Shown one piece after another: positions 1 through 7,000 of a stretch of DNA of 20,000 nt; position 1 is the stretch's first letter, and each line of letters begins with the position of its first letter. Source of the DNA: an uncultured virus (IMG/VR IMGVR_UViG_3300020385_000010) (taxonomy: Duplodnaviria; Heunggongvirae; Uroviricota; Caudoviricetes); IMG/VR virus record IMGVR_UViG_3300020385_000010. The stretch is one strand, 5' to 3'. The notes under the pieces are model-generated. The model was not told the origin of the DNA. It saw only the letters and a program-made list of their open reading frames with translations, and ran no database searches. Position numbers and translations under genes: made by a program.

Positions 1-2
1 CT

Positions 3-422
3 AAAGATGTATTTGATTTTGCTAAATTAGCAGGGTTTGGTAACAACTCTAACGCAGACGTACTAAGAGCTAAGATTATAAAGTTAGCACAAGAAGATGC
101 TAATAAGTTTATGGCTATACATTTTGACCCAGAGAAGTCTTATAGAACATTTATTGTAGATGCTTTAAAGTCAAAAAAATTGTCATATGAAAATGCTACT
201 TTTATGTACGGAAAGGAAGCTATTGGACTTAACGAAGAGCAAGTTATTGTTTGGTTAAAAGAAAACAAAGACATTTATGCAATCTTACGACAGGAACTGC
301 GTGGTGGTCAACCTTCGATTGAACAAAGAAAACCGATTGAAGTCAAATCACAGCAAAAGAAAGAAGTTGAAGCAGAAGTTAGAAGCGAGAAGACTAAAAC
401 ACAGGCTAAACAAGGCAAGTAA
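3..422 (+). CDS. 5'-truncated phage protein resembling the conserved crAss-like gene that follows the major capsid gene ('gene 75'-like)
   Basis: The frame of the 111..422 ORF is open back to position 3 (KDVFDFAKLAGFGNNSNADVLRAKIIKLAQEDANKF-MAIHF...), so the true start lies upstream of the window. The pattern KF...FIVDAL.K......FMYG.E.IG...E.VI.WL recalls the C-terminus of this family. Position at the head of the structural block fits. Confidence 0.55.
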   Translation, partial: KDVFDFAKLAGFGNNSNADVLRAKIIKLAQEDANKFMAIHFDPEKSYRTFIVDALKSKKLSYENATFMYGKEAIGLNEEQVIVWLKENKDIYAILRQELRGGQPSIEQRKPIEVKSQQKKEVEAEVRSEKTKTQAKQGK

Positions 423-435
423 AAAATAAAACAAT

Positions 436-930
436 ATGGCTAGTACTATAACACCAGCAACATTAACAGTTAAAATATCAGAATCTGTCATATTAAATGG
501 TTCTGAGCAAGGTAACACTAACACTATAACTGTTAGTAATATTAATGAAATATCAAGAGAAATATTTCATTGCGATACATCTGAAAATAATTTGCTTTGG
601 TTTATAGACGAAATAGCATCAGCTGATACTGGTAGCGGGCATAATAGATTTCTTAGAAATAAAGTTATGTATGTTAGAATAACAAATTTAGATGACACTA
701 ACTATGTTACTTTAACTGTTAGAAATCACAGCGATGATGAATTTGCTATAAAATTAAGTGCTGGTGCTTCTTTTATTGTAAATGGAGCAAGTAGTACTGC
801 TGTTAATAACATTTTTGATGCTAGTGGTAATGCAATAAGCCCTGCTTCAACTTTGGGAGATTTATATAGTATTAATGGCCTTGCAAACACTGCTAATTGT
901 GACTTAGAAATGTTTGTAGCAAGTATTTAA
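436..930 (+). CDS. Small beta-rich putative virion protein, paralog A
   Basis: 164 aa, Thr/Ser/Asn-rich, A-rich leader. Motifs TLTVKISESVILNG, YVRITNLD and CDLEMFVA are shared with the next ORF. Confidence 0.7.
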   Translation: MASTITPATLTVKISESVILNGSEQGNTNTITVSNINEISREIFHCDTSENNLLWFIDEIASADTGSGHNRFLRNKVMYVRITNLDDTNYVTLTVRNHSDDEFAIKLSAGASFIVNGASSTAVNNIFDASGNAISPASTLGDLYSINGLANTANCDLEMFVASI

Positions 931-945
931 TTAAATTAAAATAAA

Positions 946-1644
946 ATGGCAACAACTTTATCTTCATCTACCTTAACTGTTAAATTAACAGAATCTATTT
1001 TATTAAATGGAATAGACCAAGGTGGAACAAATACTTTAGCTATTTCTGGCATAAAACAAGTGCATAAAAGAATAATAACTATGCCTTTCGATGATGTTAG
1101 CGACCCTATTGATGCTGCAGAAAGAAAATTACTTCATATTACTAGTAGCCGCGCAGCTGGACAATATGTAGTTGCAGATATAAGGTACGTTAGAATAACT
1201 AATTTAGATAATTCTGTAGCAGTTAATATAAGGCTTCAAGGTGCTAATTTTGCTGATACAACTATTACTGGCGCTACATATAACAATCAGACTGCTATTA
1301 CACATAGTTCTAATTCAGCTGTAGAACTTGGTATGAGTGTTACAGGAGATGGAATACCAGAAGGAGCTCGTGTTGCATCAATTACAAGCAATACAGCATT
1401 TGTGTTAAGCGCCGCAACTACTGGTGGTCTAAAAGAAAACAAGACTTTAGCTTTAACAGCAGGATTTAAACAAAGATTAGACCCTGGTTGTAGTATGTTG
1501 TTTACAAGCAGCTCTACTACAGGTTTAGTAGGTTATGCAAAAAACGAAAATTTACTTGCAGGTACTTTAGAAGATTTAACAGAAATTCATGCAGAAACAA
1601 CAACAGCTGCTTGTGATTTAGAACTTTTTATAGCAACCGTATAG
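946..1644 (+). CDS. Small beta-rich putative virion protein, paralog B, with an inserted ~65-aa module
   Basis: 232 aa. Motifs TLTVKLTESILLNG, YVRITNLD and CDLELFIA align with 436..930. The extra segment lies at about 1261-1458. Confidence 0.7.
   Translation: MATTLSSSTLTVKLTESILLNGIDQGGTNTLAISGIKQVHKRIITMPFDDVSDPIDAAERKLLHITSSRAAGQYVVADIRYVRITNLDNSVAVNIRLQGANFADTTITGATYNNQTAITHSSNSAVELGMSVTGDGIPEGARVASITSNTAFVLSAATTGGLKENKTLALTAGFKQRLDPGCSMLFTSSSTTGLVGYAKNENLLAGTLEDLTEIHAETTTAACDLELFIATV
1261..1458 (+). repeat. Copy 1 of a shared protein module (YNN..A.ITH.....GMSVT..GIP....VASITSNT.F.L.AA)
   Basis: Aligns by eye with 6665..6875. 1371-1402 and 6790-6821 match at 29 of 32 nt. Confidence 0.85.
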
Positions 1645-1645
1645 T

Positions 1646-2245
1646 ATGGCAGTAGCGTTAACAGGTAGTTCAGGTATGTATGCTCGTATTAGGCAACTAA
1701 TAGACCGAGAAGATGCAGCTTATTTTACTGATACAGAACTAGGAAAGTTTTTAGAATCTGCAGTAGATGAGTTTGTAAATCAGTATTATGGAGTATTTGA
1801 AGTTAATCAAGAGGTTAGGGATAAGTTACAAAGCTTAGTCGCTAAAAATACAGTTTCTTTCCCTGGTAGCACTTTAGAATATGCAGTAAGTAGTTTAACA
1901 GATTATATGAGATTACTTAGTGCAACATTAACTAATGACCCTAAAACAAGAGTTAAAATAATTCAGTTAAGTGATTTGTCTGCTTATCTATCTGACCCTT
2001 TTAACAAAGCTACAGATGAAGCGCCAGTTATGTATATGGAAGGTAGCAAACTACACCTTTTAGGACCATCTAAAACAACAAGTGTAGATGTTTATCATCT
2101 TAAATATACTAATACATTTAGTAATTTACCAAATCACACATATGAAGAATTATGTAATATAACAGCTCGTAGAATCTTGGCGACATTGGGAGACCCAAGA
2201 TACGAAATTCAAGCAAGAGAAACGACTGCTGAAAAACGAGGTTAA
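1646..2245 (+). CDS. Putative head-tail adaptor/tail ring protein (crAss-like 'gene 74'-like)
   Basis: 199 aa. The helical N-terminus R.LID....AYF...E...FL..A..EFV.QYY and C-terminal LP.H..EE...ITAR recall P22 gp4-like ring proteins of crAss-like phages. Synteny supports this. Confidence 0.55.
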   Translation: MAVALTGSSGMYARIRQLIDREDAAYFTDTELGKFLESAVDEFVNQYYGVFEVNQEVRDKLQSLVAKNTVSFPGSTLEYAVSSLTDYMRLLSATLTNDPKTRVKIIQLSDLSAYLSDPFNKATDEAPVMYMEGSKLHLLGPSKTTSVDVYHLKYTNTFSNLPNHTYEELCNITARRILATLGDPRYEIQARETTAEKRG

Positions 2246-2271
2246 AGATGCTTTTTGCTCCCTGCTTTCTT

Positions 2272-2310
2272 GAAAGGGTAGTGTAGGGAAACTTACCTAC
2301 CCTTTCTTTA
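2272..2310 (+). terminator. Stem-loop, probable intrinsic terminator or attenuator
   Basis: GAAAGGGTAG(2272-2281)-T bulge-GTAGG-GAAA-CTTAC-CTACCCTTTC(2297-2306). This is a 15-bp stem with one G-U pair and a GNRA loop; the 3' side ends CCC-TTTCTTT. It lies in the only sizeable intergenic gap. Confidence 0.7.
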
Positions 2311-2322
2311 AAATAAAAGAAT

Positions 2323-2982
2323 ATGGCAACATTAAATGAAATAGCATACAACATTAGAAACATCGCAGAAGGTGGCGTAGCTTCTGATGACTCTAATATT
2401 ACATTAAGACAGACTAAGTATATGGTACATTACCATCGTGCTAATCTTCTTCTTCAGTACACAGACAATGGTCGTAAGACTTCTGATGTTATGTATCAGG
2501 TTGATAAGATGGTTCCAAGCAAGAATGGAGTTGATTTAAAGGCTTTTATAGGCTTTAATGACAATCGCTCTATAAGAAGTATAGCTTTAAGGTCTACAAG
2601 CGATAAGAACGAAGATTTTGAGTTATTGCCTTTATTTAAAGAGCACGATAAAATGTTTGCTCAAAATTCTAGATTTATTAAACACGCTGCAAAAAAATAT
2701 GCTACTATTCAAAGTGGCAAATTGTATGTTTACGAAGGTTCAGATATATTTAATAGCAGTAGTTATGAGTTAGAGGTTACGGCTATATATTCAAATCCTA
2801 CTCAAATTGATAGCTATATAGATGATGACACTACTCAGTATCCATTACCTCAAGAGTTGATAAGTATACTAACAGAAACTATATTAGCAAAAGAATTTAG
2901 AATGATTCTTGGTATTCCTTCTGATACACCAAACGACCAAAGAGATGAGAAAACAGAAAGAAAGAAAGCTGGAGCTAAATAG
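2323..2982 (+). CDS. Putative tail ring/adaptor protein (crAss-like)
   Basis: 219 aa. The N-terminus MATLNEIAYNI.....GG..SDD.NI..RQ..Y..HY.RA.L..Q and C-terminus D...YPLP..LI..L...IL.KE....L..P.D..ND recall the ring protein upstream of the IHF-like gene in crAss-like phages. Confidence 0.65.
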   Translation: MATLNEIAYNIRNIAEGGVASDDSNITLRQTKYMVHYHRANLLLQYTDNGRKTSDVMYQVDKMVPSKNGVDLKAFIGFNDNRSIRSIALRSTSDKNEDFELLPLFKEHDKMFAQNSRFIKHAAKKYATIQSGKLYVYEGSDIFNSSSYELEVTAIYSNPTQIDSYIDDDTTQYPLPQELISILTETILAKEFRMILGIPSDTPNDQRDEKTERKKAGAK

Positions 2983-3415
2983 TTATAAAGGCAAGTATGT
3001 TACTTTAAAAGACATACACGCTAATATAAAAGACAAGGTAAAAGTACAGGGAGCTTGGGTAAAAAAGAAAAACGATTACAGGGATAGAGAGCTTACTTAT
3101 AAAGAATACTATGGTATTATATCAAAGTATTTTGAAAAGGTTATAAACGAAGTAGCAGTAGAAAGAGAAGAATATAGGCTTCCTAATAAAATGGGTAGAA
3201 TATATATAAAGAAGTTAGAGCATAAAAGACCTTTTCATTTAAGAATAGATAGAGAGGCGAGCAAAGAAGCAGGAGAGTATGTTTGGTATAAAGTCCCAAT
3301 ACTTGACGACTATTATAACAAACTTGTTTGGAATAGACACCAAAGGTATAAACGATATAAAATCTTACCTTTGAATAAATTTAAGAAATTGATAAAAAAA
3401 GTAAAAGAATACTAA
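2945..3415 (+). CDS. IHF/HU-like DNA-binding protein of the crAss-like tail block
   Basis: Very basic. Pattern TYKEY..II..YF......V......YRLP..MG.I.IKK. It sits immediately upstream of the tail tubular-like gene. ATG at 2945 is preferred over the TTG at 2909; it overlaps the upstream gene by 38 nt. Confidence 0.6.
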   Translation: MRKQKERKLELNSYKGKYVTLKDIHANIKDKVKVQGAWVKKKNDYRDRELTYKEYYGIISKYFEKVINEVAVEREEYRLPNKMGRIYIKKLEHKRPFHLRIDREASKEAGEYVWYKVPILDDYYNKLVWNRHQRYKRYKILPLNKFKKLIKKVKEY

Positions 3416-3416
3416 T

Positions 3417-4061
3417 ATGCAAGGTCAGTCTAAAATAAGTGTAAAGCAGGTTGTTAGTGCGGTAATTAGAAACTTAGGTATTCAAGATGCCGCTAAAGAA
3501 TTCCATACATTTGTTGAGTGGGCTTTTGAAGCAGAAAAAAAGATAGGTTCTTATTGCACTTTTTTACAAAAAGAAGAAACTTTAAATGTAGCAAATAAAA
3601 AAGCAGCATTACCAAGCGACTTTTTAGAGTTAGTAGATATAAAGAATTCTGTTAATATTTATTATACGCCTACTACAAAGTCTTTTTCAGAAAAACTAAC
3701 TAATTATACATCTTCTTACAAATACTACGTTAAAACAGGTTATATACACACTACAGGAGAAGACTCTCAAATAGATGTAGTATATATGGCTTTAGAAACT
3801 GATGTAGAAGGTTATCCTACTATATTGGCTAATCATGAAGATGCTATAGCGTCTTACATTATGTATAAATACAAAGCAAGAGATTATTATAATCAAAAGC
3901 TTCCTAGATATATTTATGTAGACCTAAAAAGAGAGTGGAATCGTTTATGTGCACAAGCACGTGGTAACGACAATATGCCTACTAAAAATCAGTGGCGACA
4001 AATATCTAAATATTGGAACTCTCTTGTACCTGTTAAACCATCACAAGGACTTTTTGATTAA
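3417..4061 (+). CDS. Tail tubular/ring protein (P22 gp4-like)
   Basis: 214 aa. Motifs S.K.V...V.R.L, EW..EA..KIG, LP.DF, Y.A...D.EGYP.I, A...YI..K and W...C.QA recall the crAss-like tail tubular protein. It precedes the stabilization-like gene. Confidence 0.7.
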   Translation: MQGQSKISVKQVVSAVIRNLGIQDAAKEFHTFVEWAFEAEKKIGSYCTFLQKEETLNVANKKAALPSDFLELVDIKNSVNIYYTPTTKSFSEKLTNYTSSYKYYVKTGYIHTTGEDSQIDVVYMALETDVEGYPTILANHEDAIASYIMYKYKARDYYNQKLPRYIYVDLKREWNRLCAQARGNDNMPTKNQWRQISKYWNSLVPVKPSQGLFD

Positions 4062-4063
4062 TT

Positions 4064-7000
4064 ATGGCACAAAAAAAACCTAATACATTTATGAAAGGTA
4101 TGGCATCAGACCTTGATGCACATGCTATTCCATCAGAAAATTATCAAGAAGCTGTTAATGCTAGAATAGTTAGTAGAAGTGATAATTTATTTTCTTTAAA
4201 GAATATTCCAGGCATGAAAGAAATGCCTCCAATAGGAGTTGGTGGATTTAAGATAAAACAAAAAAACGGGTTTTTAAAAGGTGTAGGAAATAGCACTACA
4301 GATGCATTTTTATATCAAGCTCCTAGACATATAAAAAAGTTTAATGTAACTATAACTTATGTAGGTGGCACTACTGCAACAGGTTCTTATGAGTGGTCAG
4401 CATATAAAACTAGCAATAGTATAATTAGAGCAACTCAAAAAGGTCACAAAGATGTAAATAAAACTAATTACACTAACATAGAGTATACTAACAATCAGTA
4501 TATGGGGTTTTTGTACCAGGCTATAACATCGGTTCCTGACATTAATACATATTACGATATATCCCTTAAAGTTCCTTCATCAACTTACTCATCTTTTGAA
4601 GCAGAAATTTGGTTTACACAAAAAATAGGAGTAAAAGAAATAAGCTCTATAAGTGTTGCTTTTGATGTAGGTACAACAGACCCTAAAAATATTGTACCTA
4701 ACAATAGCTCTTATTTTAAGGTAAACTCAACATTTGGGTCAGGAGATAGTATTTCAGATGTACTTGAAACTACTAATGGAGCAGCTTTTACATATGACAC
4801 GAATCAAGACCAGTTTGGTTATTTTGGTAAATGTATTATACAAGACAACAAATCTTTTAAGGTACTAGATGGAGCTGTCCATGCAAATCCAGGGTTTATA
4901 GCTAACCTTAATTCAGTAATCTATTCGGTTTATATAGTCTGCGAAAATTGGGGTACTAATGATGAAATAGAAGTTATAATTGGAGACACGACAACCATTA
5001 TAGGCGGCACTGATGTAAACGGCTTAGGTGCAGCGTTAGCTAATGCTACAAAAATTGTAACAGGGACTGGTAGTAATGCAAGCGTGCCTTTTGAATTTAA
5101 AGCTAAGGATGGTACTTTAACTGTAAGACATTTTTCTATTAAAGCAGCTGGAGGCTCTTATACTCTTGCAGAAGATACTTTTTGGGAAACAGAAACATTT
5201 ACCAAGACTTATACATTAATAGATATGTGTGAGTTTTCTGAATATTTATGTGTACTAGCTCATCATAAAACAAATGATGATGCTGTGTTTAAATTTGAAT
5301 TTGACACAACAGGTTCTTGTACTAATATACAACCACTAATATTTGGAGATTTTGGATTTAATGCTAAGACTTCTATAAGGTTAGCTAAAATAGAAGAAAA
5401 TGATGCATATGAAAGAATATATTGGACAGATGGAGTTAATCCATTAAGAGGTTTAAATATATTAGGAGACCATGAGTATTACGCAAAATTAGCAGAAACA
5501 GGTTTAAATGTAATACAAACAGGAAATTTACAACCTCCAGTAGTAAATTCTATTATTCAAGGTGGGGCTTTACCATGTGGTAGTTATTCTTATTGTTATA
5601 GGTTAATGACGGGAGACGGAAAAATGTCTACTGTATCTCCTATATCTAACCCTGTTTCTGTATACGCTACTAATAAATCAAATCAAGCTCACGCTATTCA
5701 AGGTGGTGACCTAGATACTATTAGTGGAAAGATAATTTCTTTAGGCGTGTCTAATATAGATACTACATTTACAAGAATACAGGTAATAGCAATAAGATTT
5801 ATTTCTCAAGAAGGAGCAGCTATATGTTCTGTAATTGCTGATGAAAAAGTATTTGGAGATACTATGGAATTTTTTCACACAGGGAATAGTCCTGAAATTC
5901 CATTAACATTATATGAGGTGTTAGCTCAAGGAAAAACTTGGGATAGCTGTAAAACTTTAGCTATAAAAGACAATAGACTATTCGCAGGTAACCTAACTAA
6001 TACAAGTTACGATTTAGGTCTTACATCAACATCTTTTAGGGTTGTTTCTTATAGAAATGCTGGAGTTGATGGAGCTTATCAAACTTGGGACTACGCTGCT
6101 AACGGTTATGATATACCTGATTCAGATGAACTAGGAAAAGGATTGTTTGCTCCTGACCACTATATGTTACCTGATGACGCTACAGTTAGTACAAATAAAT
6201 ATAGGTATATAAAATTGTATGACGGTACAGGGACTACTGGACAAACTAATGATTCTAATTCAGCAAGAGTGTTTGGTTATGAAACACCTAATTTTGGTAG
6301 CAAAACCACTGATATAGGAGTAAGAGTAACTTTTGGAATGAAAGAATTTACATTAGATGATGATGTAAATAATTACTATAGAGGCCAAACAGAAAATGGA
6401 AAGTATGCTACTGCACCTTTCTATGGACCTAATTCACCAAACGAAGATTCTTTAGACGGATTTTACAATAACTATAAAAACCCGTTGTTTGCTCAAAATT
6501 ACACTGGGTATATGCGTGGAGAAATATATCGTTTTGGTATACAGTTTTATGATAAAGGAGGAGAGTCTACGTTTGTTTACCCTATAGGTGATATTCGTAT
6601 GCCTGATATGTCTGCTGAATATAGAGAGTTAAGAAATGATGGTGAAGTATATAGCGCTTTAGCTAGCGTTTCTCTTACAAGTGGCGTGTATAATAATACA
6701 GACGCTACAATAACACATGCAGGTAGTACGGATATAAGAGTAGGTATGTCCGTAACAAGTGATAAGGCTGGAATACCAGCTAATTCTTATGTTGCTTCAA
6801 TTACAAGTAATACAGTATTTGAATTAAATGCTGCCGCTGAATCTAGTCAAACTGGTTGTGTGTTATCCTTATCAACATCTGGCACAACATTAGATAGCGA
6901 TTTACCTAAAACATATCTTACTTGTAATGACAAAGGTAAAGGGTATATATTATTTCCAGAGTTTCGTGTAAAACTACCTAACTCTATTAGGTCTAAAATA

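Noticed and set aside
111..422. ATG at 111 as the true start of a 103-aa protein
   Set aside because: The frame is open to the window edge with continuous protein-like sequence, so this is probably an internal Met.
2909..2944. TTG start for the IHF-like gene
   Set aside because: The in-frame ATG at 2945 gives a shorter overlap and a more plausible basic N-terminus.
1371..6821. The 32-nt near-repeat as a diversity-generating retroelement TR/VR pair
   Set aside because: Too short, both copies are coding, flanks diverge generally, sense-strand mismatches are not adenine-specific, and no reverse transcriptase is in the window.
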